From assembly GCA_043228905.1 (NCBI GenBank), contig JBHGNT010000021.1:11780001-11844000 (forward strand): a stretch of DNA of 64,000 bases, given 5' to 3'. How positions within the stretch are numbered: the first letter of the stretch is position 1; every line of letters begins with the position of its first letter. The stretch comes from Azolla caroliniana. Taxonomy: Eukaryota > Plantae > Polypodiophyta. The notes below the pieces were generated by a model that did not search any database, was not told where the DNA came from, and saw only the letters and a list, made by a program, of their open reading frames with translations. Positions 1-11,344 of this stretch are shown piece by piece. Both the position numbers and the translations under genes were made by a program.

Positions 1-2915
1 ATGAACCCGGTTACCGAACTGTGCGTAGTTCGATCCGCCCACAAGGCATAAGGTAGCAGTCGCGGCCAGTTCCCGACTTGGTCTTCACACGCCCGTACTA
101 GCGCTTTGACGATCGGCCCGTGTCCGCGCTCCACCTACCCGTTAGCCTCCGGATTGTATGCTGTGGTGAGCGAGAGTTTGACCCCTAGTCGGTCAAACAG
201 CTCTTTAACCTCTTGTGCGTCCAACTCTCCACGGTCAGCCACGATCTTTCCTACACTCCCATACCGACATATCACGTCCTCGATCAGAAACCAACACACA
301 GACGTGGTTGTTTTGTTCTGCAGTGCTCGGCCTTCAACCTGGTTCATCCGATCCTCCCGAGCTAGCACCAGATACCGCATCTATCCTACCCCCATCGACA
401 TCGTTACCAAATCCACCATCCATTTGAAGTGGACGGTCGGAGGGTAGGTCGGGTGAAGCTCGTCCCGGTGTCAGACTATGGAGTGCATCTGACAGCTTTC
501 GCAAGTCGTCACGAACCGATGCACGTCCCGGTACAGTCCCGGCCACCAGTACTTCTCCTTTAGCTTCTCGAACGTGGCCCACGTTCCGCGGTGTCTGGCC
601 CAGGGACTCTCGTGGTAGGCCTCCAACAACTCCTCCTGTTCCTCCTTCTTCGCCACCACTCGGAGCGGGATGCCGTCCCTCTTCTCGGGTGCTTCCATAT
701 GTACCTGTCCCAAAGGAAGAATCAATACGCTTTCTTCCGGATCCGGGTGGCGTCTTCCTTTGTCCACGCTGCGTCCGGTGTGATTGTTTTCAGGACCCCG
801 CCGATCTGGAGCCACTCCCCGTCATACTTGCTCTCATCGAATTCGTTAAGCGCTGGAGTGCTCCCCTTTCTGGTTGTCACGTATGCCGCCTTGAAGAAAT
901 CTACGCCGACTTCCTCGTCCTCCGAAACCATGCCGTCCTCGTTTTCGAACCTCGCCCTTGAGAGCATGTCGGCCATGGCATTGTCTTTTCCAGAAATGTG
1001 TCGTATCTCCGGATTCAGGGACTTGATGTACGCTATCCACTTGAGCATTGCCAGGTCCGGCGTCGCGCATTCGGAAACCATGCCGAGAATCGGTAGGCAG
1101 TCCGTCTCGATTATTACCTTTGTCCCGATCAGATAGTCTTTATCGGCCTTCACTGCCGAAATGATACCCCAGAGTTCGCGTTTAACCTGGGCGTATCCTC
1201 GCTGTTGCTCACTGAGGACCTTCGCACCGAACCGGATGGGGAACCTCGTGCCAACTTCATCCTCTTGGTTGATCACCCATCCGATCCCGGTCGGACTCGT
1301 GTCTACGGTTACGTAAATTGGAGTGTTTTTGCCGTAGACAGCCATTTGGAGCGCCGGTGTCGTGGCAAATGCTTCCTTCATCTTTCAGACTGACTTTGTA
1401 TGCTCGTCTCCCCACTCGAATTTACGCCCTTTATTCAACAACCCATACAGCGGCTCCACGACGTGGGCGTAATGCGGGATCCAGATATGGTAGAACGCGT
1501 ATGCTCCCAAGAATCTTCAAACCTCCATAACCGAATTGCAATCATGCTTCATCGCGGAGATGGCTTCCACCTTGGCCGGAGACGGTTTCCGACCGTATGG
1601 TCCGCGTAGGTGCCCGACGACCATGATCTCTGATTGCCCGAAGGCCGATTTTTCCTCGGAGAAGGTGAGCCTCGCGCCTTCTAGTCTCTGCAGCTCCTTC
1701 TCGTAGTCATCGATGTGAGTTGCCACGAAATTCTGACATCCGTCCGGTCTGATTGTCTCGTCCTTTTCCTCCACCGGGCATCCCCTGATCGGGATGTCGT
1801 CTAAGAATGGCATGGTGATGTCCGGGATACAATCCCTGAGCACTTTGTTTATTGTGTTCACCATGTGAGCCGCCGAGTTCGTCCCTCCTTGTGGTAGGGT
1901 ACACATCCGCACTAGGCCGAGAGGAGTCCGCATCGTCGTAATGTCTCTGCTCTCCACGACTAGTTGGAACTGATCGTACCCCGAGTACAGATCACCGACA
2001 AAGTAAATCGACCTTCCGGCGAAGGCCTCCGTGAACTCGTCTATGATCGGTCCGATTCTTGCGTTCCGAATGGTCACCTTGTTGACCGGTTGCAGGTCTT
2101 GAATAAAACGTAACATGCCGCTCTTCTTTGGCACGGTAAACCACCAATTCGAATACGGGGCACTCGACGGTTCGAGGATGCCCATCTCCACCTTTTGCTT
2201 CAGAAGCTCCATCAACTTTGGGATGTGAGCTCTCGACACCGGAATCGGTTTGAGATTCCACGGTACATGCGGTACCATGAAGATCACCATCGGTTCGACG
2301 ATCGTCAGGTTCACACACCCGATCTCCCCTGGCGAGAACGCGAAGGCTTTCCCATGCCTTCCGAGCATTCTCCGAAACCTGTTCTCCTCCGCCGGCAGTA
2401 GAAAGCCACCCCCACCAACCTTGAGCTCCCGTAGCATTATGTCGGTGAACCGGTGCCCTATGCCAGCCGGATTCCGTACACTTGGGTCCGACGTGACCCC
2501 TTTTATCCGCTCCTCGCTGCCCTCCGGCAAGGGTGTACAGCCTTGTACTTTGTACCCACGCGGGCCGTCCGATCCAACCTGATCCTTTCCCCGAAGTCCG
2601 CGATGATTTCGTACATTCCCATCGATCCTACCGGAACGGTCCGGTCTTCTCTAAGGCCTTCACCGATCACCTTTCACAACTCGCCCAAGGTGTTGTCAAA
2701 AGAGACCGCCTCCACGGCACCGTTGATCTCTTCATCAGGGGAGAGGACTCCGCATCCCCTGAGCCGCTCCTCCGCTCGCTTCCTTTCCCGGCCGCTGACG
2801 CCGGCTATAGTACAACCTCCGTTTTCGGAGAACCAAAACTTCCTACCTACTGTACATGTGTTCTTTTGGTACGTCCGGACTACCGCGGCCCCACGCCTTG
2901 ATAGCCCTCTCTAAA
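1..2915 (-). pseudogene. RT-RNaseH-integrase (pol) of A1, broken by stops and frameshifts
   Basis: ORF pieces 1517-2530, 722-1381, 471-815 and 135-380 are colinear with the A2 pol. Confidence 0.92.
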
Positions 2916-4690
2916 AATCCCCTCGCTTGTCACCGCCAAGGGTCTCGCGATTCCTCTCATGGTTCGGACGTACGGTCATGAATTGGATGGATTGCCGACC
3001 GTCCTGGCTCTTGACGCGCGCGTACGCCGAACCGTTGTGTAGCACCTTCGTCTCCATGCGTGTTGCCGTAATGTACGGTTCACCGAGAATCACCGGGTGT
3101 GAGGATGTTTCCTGCACGAAGAAATGTTGATCTATCTCGACGTCACCGACCTTTATGCGTATATTCGGGCACGCACCATGCAACTCCTCCGTAGCACGCG
3201 TCGCCGCGCGTATCTTCCACCCATGCTTAGTGTTGATCGGCCATTTACCCTTCTTGTAGAAATCCATGGACATCAGGCTGATTTCGGATCCATGGTCTAC
3301 CAAGGCCACCACCGGTTCCGGAACGTCTCCGATCTTAACAGGGGTCTCCGTGGTCGCTCTGGCCCAGTGCGGCCTCAAATAGTGGCTCCCCGCCAACTCG
3401 TCTTCTAGCGCCATGTCCTCTATGTGTGTCGTGGAACTCCTTCTTGGCAATCCCGAGCACTTCCCTTAGCGACAACTCCACTTTGCTGTCGAGGATACGT
3501 TCCTCCAGGACCTTTCGCAGGTCCGTGGTCCTTTCGATTTCTGTGCTCAACCGGTACCTGGCCTTCTTGGCTTGATCCGGTGCACCGGTCACACCGGCCT
3601 CATTCTGCCTTTGACCCAATCGGGTCTCGTACCGTTGCGAGGGCCCGGCCCCTCCGGTTTTACCTACTTGCTTGTCTTCCACCAGAGCCTCTTAGTTCGG
3701 GCATGCAGCTTCAACGAAGCCCGTCTTCTCTTTGACCGGGTCACTCCACCCGGTTACCTCCCGGACCCGTTTTTCCGCGTGGTCCGCTTCTTCTTTCCTT
3801 AGCCGTGCGCCATCGAGGCCTTCCAGCATTAGCGGCTAGAATCCAGCTTCGTTCGTCTTCCGGGCCTCACCACCTCCGACCCGGATCCCAGCCCACGCCG
3901 AGTAGTGGACGGTCTTCGCGTGGCGAGCCGTCGCTTCTTCCATCAACCGTTTCATAACCCCTCGTCCGACATTCAGGTCCAGGGCCCTTTGGGTCTTGCT
4001 AGCGTGCACCCGACCGTTCCATAGGTACACCACATTGGCTCTCATTGCCTCGGCGAAGTCCCCGCAGTCCTTCCGGACGTGGCCGACCGCGTCACACCAC
4101 AAACACCGGTTTCCAGCTAGTGGCCTTCGGTCAAGGGCTTGTTCGCCGCCGTCCCTCCGTGCATGTGCAATCTGGAGGTCCTTTACCATCCTATTCAGCT
4201 CCTCTAGAGCTGCTCCTCCGGACGAGCCTTTGACCATGCCGGTCGAAGTTGATCCGGTCTCGAGCCAGTCTCGGGTCTCTTCCCTTCGCGATGGCGGGGT
4301 TGGCTCGAGTTTCCTTGCTGCGATAGAGGTCTCTACCCATTCCATGAAGTCCCGTTTCGAGAGCCGAAGCGCGTCATCAAGCCCATATTTTTCGAGGAGC
4401 CGACCTTCAAACTCTTCCCAGGTCCGGCTCTTAGCCCGTACCTCGAGCACCTCCACATGGATGCCCGGCATCGCCACCTGAGGGAATCCGGTCAGTCACC
4501 TTTCTTCTGGAATGTCTCTCATTACCATCTCGGCCCGGTAGGCCTCCAAATAGCTCGTGGCGTCCTTCCCACCGAACCGGCCGACGACCGCTTCAATAGC
4601 CCTAACGAGGGCGCTTGCGCCTTCGCGTGCACTCACTATCCGATCCACAGCCGAAGCCATGGCTTCCATGAGATCCGACCCCCTCATCTT
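2911..4690 (-). pseudogene. gag-protease of A1, with internal deletions
   Basis: ORF pieces 4496-4714, 3836-4477, 3335-3682 and 2911-3450 match the A2 gag-protease. Confidence 0.9.
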
Positions 4691-4710
4691 TCTATTCCTC
4701 TGCCGCCTGT

Positions 4711-4727
4711 TCACGTCGGGTTCACCA
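4711..4727 (-). promoter_or_regulatory. Primer binding site, tRNA-Trp (A1)
   Basis: Plus strand TCACGTCGGGTTCACCA matches the 3' end of plant cytosolic tRNA-Trp(CCA); 4 nt from the LTR. Confidence 0.85.
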
Positions 4728-4731
4728 AATA

Positions 4732-5379
4732 TGTCGCGTTGTTACGCATGTGCTTGAGGAATGAGGCGGGACCACCGGGGTCTTGGACCAAGAAATAGCT
4801 GGGAAGGAGGAGAACGGAAGGGCAACGGACACACTTGCACACGCACAGACACGGGAGCACACAGGAATCACAGTCCAACAACACAGCAAAACGAGACGAC
4901 TAGAAGTCCGAGTATATGAACACGTATGTATATAAATATATATATATATATCAAGACGGTTACAACTAACAGGCCGACAAGACGAACACCGCCGCCTGTT
5001 CACTCACACACAGAAGAGCGAGATGGAGACTCTGCAAAAATGGCTATGGAGAGTGGCAGAGGAGAAGGGCTCGGCTCGGTCCCAGTCCAGCAGCACTTCG
5101 TCCTCTCTAACGCGCGATCCCTTTTTCATTCCTCTCCCTCTCTTTTATAGCCCAAGGAGGGAGGCTGTTGTCATTTGTTACATCATATTAATTCTCTGTC
5201 CTTTCGGACAGAGATACACCTCGATTCTCTCCCTATTGAATGCGTGTGCTACCTAGGATTTCACCTCAGCCGACTTGTACCTACCTACTTACCATACAAC
5301 GAAAAGTGTGCTCGCATGTAAGGGCCAGTTTACACACGCTAAACTCGGTTTCCGCCTAGGGACGGTTTTCTTCACGACA
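4732..5379 (-). repeat. 5' LTR of A1 (648 bp)
   Basis: Termini TGTCGCG...CACGACA on the plus strand; adjacent to the PBS; right flank ACGG. Confidence 0.9.
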
Positions 5380-6314
5380 ACGGAGTAGAAGGGGGACAAA
5401 TCGGGTCCCGTGAAGGACAACGCACTGACACCCCGTTCCGAGGGACTGGAGCCAAGGAAGGAGGCGGAACCGCTTCAACCAGAACCAATGAAAGAGTTAC
5501 TGTGCGGCTAGAAGCAACAATGATGGTGGTCCAAGAACCGGTAATCGAATTACCTACCTCATCGGGGCAGCAGGCACAACAACGACAAGAGTTTTCGCTA
5601 TAGGCACCAATCTAAAAAAGGCTTCCGGGGAGAACAGAAGCCACGCCACAACCAGAACCGGCACGACAACAAGGCATTGGCAATCAATGGCTATGGTGGA
5701 TCGGCGAATAGGTGGTCCCGAAGAACTTGAGAAGGCCCAGTCGAGGATCCGGAGCATGGAAGAAGAAATTGTGCAGGCCAAAGCAGAGGTGGCTAAGCAG
5801 GGCATAGAAGGACCAATACTACCAGAACTTGTGGCTCCGATGAATGTACAGACCAAAAAGATGACATTAACTGAAATAGCACCGGATGCAAATAAGACAC
5901 AAGAACAAGAACTCGCCACTGTTAGAGAGGAATTAGCAGCCCAAGAGGCCTTAAGGGCTAGAGAACGAGACTTGAAGAAGACGGCGGAACAGGAACAACG
6001 GAAAACGACAGAGAACCTTTGAAGAGCCGAGGACAATCTACGGAAGGGGCATCAAGCATATGACCGATTGAAGGAGGAAAAAGAAAAATTGTTGCAAGAA
6101 AAGGACAAACTCCGGTGATCGGCGGAAGTCGAGATCAAGCAGCTCCAAGACGAACTCCGGCAATAGAAGGACCGTGAGGACTGGGCCCGACGCCAAGTAA
6201 ATCAGAGGCTGAAACAGAAAACGGAGGATTTGGATAGGTTGCACTCGGATCACAAGCACCTAGAGGCGGACCAGAAGAAATTGATGGTAGAAGGTGACCG
6301 GCAACTAGAGAAGA

Positions 6315-6804
6315 TGTGAGAACTCTGGGATGAAGTCAACATGACGACAGCGGCATTGGCGGAAGAAAGGACCAAGGGAGTCGAAGCGGCAAACACGCTG
6401 GTTGAAGCGGCGAAGGACAGAATGGAGCTTACCCGGCAACATCATGAGGAGATGGAACGAGCAAAGATGGCTCTGAACAAAGTTCAGATGACTTATCAGA
6501 CGCAGTTGATGCAATATCATGAACAAGTTGAGGCAACCGCGATCCTCATAAAGCTGTTATGTGAGAACTCTGGGATGAAGTCAACATGACGACAACGGCA
6601 TTGGCGGAAGAAAGGACCAAGGGAGTCGAAGCGGCAAACACGCTGGTTGAAGCGGCGAAGGACAGAATGGAGCTTACCCGGCAACATCATGAGGAGATGG
6701 AATGACCAAAGATGGCTCTGAACAGAGTTTAGATGACTTATCAGACACAACTGATGCAATATCAGGAACAAGTTGAGGCAACCGCGATCCTCATAAAGCT
6801 GTTA
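6315..6804 (+). repeat. 245-bp tandem duplication inside the B1 extra ORF
   Basis: 6315-6559 and 6560-6804 are near-identical (TGTGAGAACTCTGGG...AAAGCTGTTA). Confidence 0.92.
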
Positions 6805-7523
6805 AACGATGAAAAGCAGGTCGTAGAGGATAAGTCAAAGATGGGCCTTGGCCGTATTCGAGACATTGTACTGACATGGAGGGACCGGATGAAGAGGTTA
6901 GTTGAAGAAATTTCAGTACAGTGGTGGTCCAAATGGGCAAAGAAGGCAGCCAAGTTACAAGTTTTGCGAGCGAATGTGGAGAACCGGCAGAAGGACGACG
7001 ATAACTTCTACAAACTGGACGCGGAAAGCATTGTGACCATAAGGGAGGAGTTATCGGATGACTTCCTGTCCTCGGCCAGAGAACAAGTGGTGGCGGTGGG
7101 TTGACTGGTGGGACAACTAGATACCCAACTCCAGTTCGAGCAATACAAATGAGAGCGGAGACGGCAAATGGCGGCCAGAAGAACGACGACAATTAACATT
7201 AGTGACGAAGAGCAATCTCCGGAGCAGACGCCAAACACAGCCGAAACTGAAGGGAGCTAGCCAAATGTAGCTCAAGTGGAGCAGTCGAAGGTAGCCAACC
7301 CGCAAGAGCCAGTGCAAGTCGGACGACAGGAGCAAGAGGAGCCCAGAACAGATGAGCCGGAGACAGAAGCCCGGAAGGGACTGTAGCCGGAAAGGAGGAA
7401 CATGCCGGAGAGCAACAACAACAACAACCACCACAAAAAACGGAGAAACTAACCGAAGAACCTCTAGAACCCTTGGACCAAAGCATTCTGGACATTTTGA
7501 TGAACGATTGAAAAGGGCTAACC

Positions 7524-7565
7524 GTGGGTTCGACGTACAATGTATTGTCCCACAAGCATGGCATG
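7524..7565 (+). other. Conserved bulged stem-loop at the PPT position of B1
   Basis: GTGGG-TTCG-ACGTAC AAT GTATTGT-CCCAC-AAGCATG-GCA-TG, then the LTR start TGTT. Same spacing as 28863-28904. Confidence 0.75.
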
Positions 7566-8034
7566 TGTTGGCCAGCAAGGCCAAAGGGCCGGTTAGAGTC
7601 TAGAGTGTGAAAGGGGTATTTAATTAGGGATAGTGAGTTATAATTAATAAGTAATATGTTATTTTGAGAAGCGGGCGGACGGACCCAGATCGGTATGCCG
7701 ATTCGGATCCGGACCGGATCGTTGCTGGTTGTCGGTTGGCACCGGTTTGTAACTCAGCCAGAGACCTATAAAAGGACCCAGCAAGAATGTAATTAGGGAC
7801 GGATAATTAATTGAAGCGTTGTTGTTTTATGTATTGTTTAGTGTCTATTTGGTTACTGTCATGTGCTTAATATAATTAATCTTACGCGTGTGTTACGATC
7901 ATTAACAATGCCGGTTAGTAATTGGTTAAGACCCATTTGATACCACGGTCCATCCATATCTCTAGTACCACCCTTTGGTGAAGTGTTCCATAGGGACACC
8001 CTTTGTTAGGGCTTGTCCAGCCTAAAGGATAACA
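7566..8034 (+). repeat. 3' LTR of B1 (~469 bp)
   Basis: TGTT...TAACA termini and a TATAAAA box near 7767. Its 3' end is homologous to the reverse complement of 17855-17905. Confidence 0.75.
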
Positions 8035-8495
8035 AGTCGACTCCGGAAGAAGGCGTACAAATTCTTCCTACAAAGCGGGAAAATCTAGCGACATCGAAAG
8101 ATGCGGAACGACGCACCACTCTGGGTAGTGACGCGATTTGAAGAACAAATAGTGTTGATGAAGGAGTTCCACGAGAGCCCTTGGTCCGGACATTGAGGTA
8201 CATGGGCCACGTTCAAGAAGCTAAAGGAGAAGTACTGGTGGCCGGGAATGTATAAGGACGTGCACACGAACCAGGTGGAAGGTCGGGCATTTACGAACAA
8301 GACCACCGCGGTCGTATGCAAGTTTCTAATTGAAGATGTCATCTGCCGATATGGGTGCGTGGGAAATATTGTGGCCGACCGCGGAGAGCTGGATGCATAG
8401 GAGGCCGAGGAGCTATTTGACTGGCTAGGGGTCAAGGTGTCCTTCACAACGACATACAACCCGGAGGCAAACGAGAAGGTTGAGCGGGGTCACGG

Positions 8496-9127
8496 TGTCG
8501 TGAAGAAAACCGTCCACAAGCGGAATCGGTGTACCGGAGCGTAGGAACCGACTCTTCATGCACGTGCGCCTTATGTTGTACATAGGAGATCCTAGGTAGA
8601 TTCGGTAGGTAGGAAGTAAAGGGGAAACGGCTCCTTCCTTGCCTATAAAAGGAGGGAGACGAGGAGGGGCGAGGGATCGCGGAGAGTCGAGGACGAAGTG
8701 CTGTCGGTTTGCGTGCGAAGGCTTCTCTCTCTCTCTCTTTCTGGTTGCAAACGCCATAGCTTCCTTCTGTGCAGGTTTCGGGAGGCCCGCGCTGCTCTGA
8801 GGAATGCCCGAGTGCTTCCGGCAGCACCTCCAACCTACTCATTCCCCTCTGTGCGTTTACGAACAGGTATCGGCATCTGTTCGCCGGCCTGTTCGGTTGT
8901 AACCGACTTCGTGTTATGTTGTCTTCGTGTTCTTGTTGTTTGTCTTGTCAATACATACATACTTTCATGTCTTTCTGTGTCGCTGTCCCACTCGCGTCTT
9001 TGCGTCGAAGGGCCGTGTCCCTGTGAATCTACGCTCGCACGTAGTGGGTCTCTCTCTCTCTTACTCTTCGGTATAGGACCCCCGAGGTCCCGTCTCACTC
9101 CACGCATCCGCGAGGAATACCTTGACA
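8496..9127 (+). repeat. 5' LTR of A2
   Basis: TGTCGTG...TTGACA, repeated at 14790-15421. Confidence 0.97.
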
Positions 9128-9131
9128 TATT

Positions 9132-9148
9132 TGGTGAACCCGACGTGA
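9132..9148 (+). promoter_or_regulatory. Primer binding site, tRNA-Trp (A2)
   Basis: TGGTGAACCCGACGTGA, complementary to the plant tRNA-Trp 3' end. Confidence 0.85.
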
Positions 9149-9171
9149 AAGAGGCGGCAGAAGAGCAGAAG

Positions 9172-11287
9172 ATGAGGGGGTCGGATCTTGCAGAGGCCAT
9201 GGCTTCGGCCGTGGATCGGATATTGAGCACACGCGAGGGCACCGGTGCCCTCGACAGAGCCATTGAGGCGGTCGTCGGTACGATCGGCCGTTTCAGCGGA
9301 AAGGATGCTACGAAGTATTTGGCGTCCTACGGGGCGGAAATGCTGATGCGGGACATCCCGGAAGAGAGGCGTCTTGCCGGGTTCCCTCGAGTGGCGATGC
9401 CGAGCATCCATGCGGAGGTGCTCGAGGTACGGGCGGAGAGCCGTACCTGGGAGGAGTTCGAAGGCTGACTCCTAGAGAAATATGGGCTGGACGACGCGCT
9501 CCGGCTTTCGAAACGGGACTTCATGGAATGGGTGGAGTCCCCCGGCAAAGGAAGAAACGCGTCGGCACTCCTCCGGGAGTTCGAAGAACGCTTTGCGCGC
9601 CTTTTGGCGCTTGACCGAACCATTCTGGATACGAGCCGGGTCCTACTGTTCGTCAAGTCAGTGGACGAGCGGGACCGGGATCAAGACGGCTCCCTGCTGG
9701 AAACTGAAGATGGGCTGACAACCAACTGGGCTGCGGTTAAGAGAGTCTGTGGCCGTTTCGACAAACAGCGAGAATGGGCTGACAACGGGGCGGCCGGTGC
9801 GGGCTCTGTTACAGCAAGGAGGCTTGAACCGGCACCGCAAGTGCGAAGGGAAGAAACCCGGGAATGGCTCGAAACCGGTCCGACTTCGACCAGCATGGTC
9901 AATGGCTCGTCTGGAGGAGCAGCGCTAGAGGAGTTGACGCGGGCGATAAAGGATCTCCAGATCGCCCAGACTCGAAGGGAAGGCGGCGAACCGGCTCGTG
10001 ACCGACGGCCGGCAGCGGGGAACAAGTGCATGTGGTGCGACGAGGTCGGCCACATTCGGAAGGACTGCGGCGATTTTGCAGAGGCGTTGAGAAACCGGGT
10101 GTATACCTGTGGGAAGGCCGGGTGCACGCTAGCGACACCAGGAGGGCCCTGAGCCGAAACGACGGGCGAGGAGGTATGAAGAGACTGATGGAAGAGGCAG
10201 CGGCCCGACACGTGGAGGCCATCCACTACTCCGCGTCAGCCGGTATTCGGGTCGGGGGCAGCGAGGCCCGAAAGGAGAGTAAAGACGGTTTCTGGTCGGC
10301 AATGCTGGAAGGCCTCGCCGGCGCGCGGCTGAGGAAAGATGAAACGGACCGCGCTGAGAGACGGGTCCGGGAAATAACCGGGTGGAGCGATCCGGTCGAG
10401 GAGAAGACGGGCTTCGTAGAAGCCGCTTGCCGGAACTACGAGGCTCTGGTAGAAGAAAAACGAGTGGGGAAAGCCGGAGCGGTCGGGCCCTCACAACGGT
10501 ACGAGACCCGATTCGGGCAACGACGGAACGATGCCGGTGGGCCCGGCCGGCAAGATAACCCCAGGAAGGGCGGGTACCGACTGGGGACAAAAATAGAAAG
10601 GACTACGGACCTACGAAAGGTCCTAGAAGAACAGATCCTCGACAGCAAAGTGGAGTTGTCATTACGGGAGGTGCTAGGGATCGCCAAGAAGGAGTTCCAC
10701 GACTCCATTGTAGACTTGGTGAAACGGAAGAGACTGTCGACGGAGACGGAACCGGAAAGACCGGTGGAGGTGCGGACGACGCACATCGACGACTCGATGC
10801 TGGAAGATGAGTGGGCGGAGAGCCACTATTCGAGGCCGCACTAGGCCCGAGCGACCACGGAGACCCCGGTAAAAATCGGAGGTGTTCAGGAACCGGTGGT
10901 GGCGTTGGTGGACCACGGTTCGGAAATAAACCTAATGTCCATGGACTTCTATAAGAAGGGAAAGTGGCCGATCAACACCAGGCACGGGTGGAAGATACGG
11001 GCGGCGCGCGTGAACTGCACGGGGCCTGCCCGAATGTGCGAGTAAAGATCGGCGACGTCGAGATTGACCAGCACTTCTTCGTACAGGAGACGTCCTCGCA
11101 TCCGGTCATATTAGGGGAACCATACATCACGGCGGCGAGAATGGAGACCAAGGTGTTGGACAACGGTTCGGCCTACGCGAGGGTCAAAAGCCAGGACGGG
11201 CGCCATTCGGTGCAATTTCTGACGGTGCGGCCGAACCACGAGAGAAACCGCAAATCCCTCGGTGGCGAGAGCCGGGAGGATTTTTAG
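9172..11287 (+). pseudogene. gag-protease of A2 (a few stops and frameshifts)
   Basis: CMWCDEVGHIRKDC zinc knuckle, VDHGSEIN and VILGEP protease motifs; ends at EDF*. Confidence 0.9.
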
Positions 11288-11344
11288 AGAGGGCTGCCAA
11301 GGCGTGGGGCCGAGACAACCCGGACACTCGGAAAAGACCCCACG
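11278..11344 (+). promoter_or_regulatory. Putative programmed -1 ribosomal frameshift signal (G GAT TTT plus pseudoknot)
   Basis: Slippery heptamer immediately before the PR stop; the -1 frame is open into RT; conserved at 2911-2920 and 50746-50755 on the minus strand. Confidence 0.7.

Larger units (their letters stand above)
1..5379 (-). mobile_element. Ty3/Gypsy LTR retrotransposon, family A copy A1 (decayed; 3' end lies outside the window)
   Basis: Minus-strand fragments in the order gag (CLWCDAVGHVRKDC knuckle), protease (VDHGSEI), RT (PFLDDI), RNase H (VTVDTS), integrase (VADRGE). 5' LTR and tRNA-Trp PBS at the right end. Confidence 0.95.
5380..8034 (+). mobile_element. Family B Ty3/Gypsy copy B1, 3' part (decayed extra ORF plus 3' LTR), interrupted by A1
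   Basis: Broken E/K/Q-rich coiled-coil ORF ending DQSILDILMND*, similar to the end of ORF 26233-28860. Same pre-LTR stem-loop as B3. LTR end resembles the B2 LTR. Confidence 0.8.

Noticed and set aside
4711-4727. tRNA-Trp gene
   Set aside because: Only the 17-nt 3' end including CCA is present, next to an LTR; it is a PBS.
8698-9468. 256-aa ORF spanning LTR and gag
   Set aside because: The LTR-derived part is low-complexity C/S/L-rich sequence, and gag homology between copies starts only near 9172.
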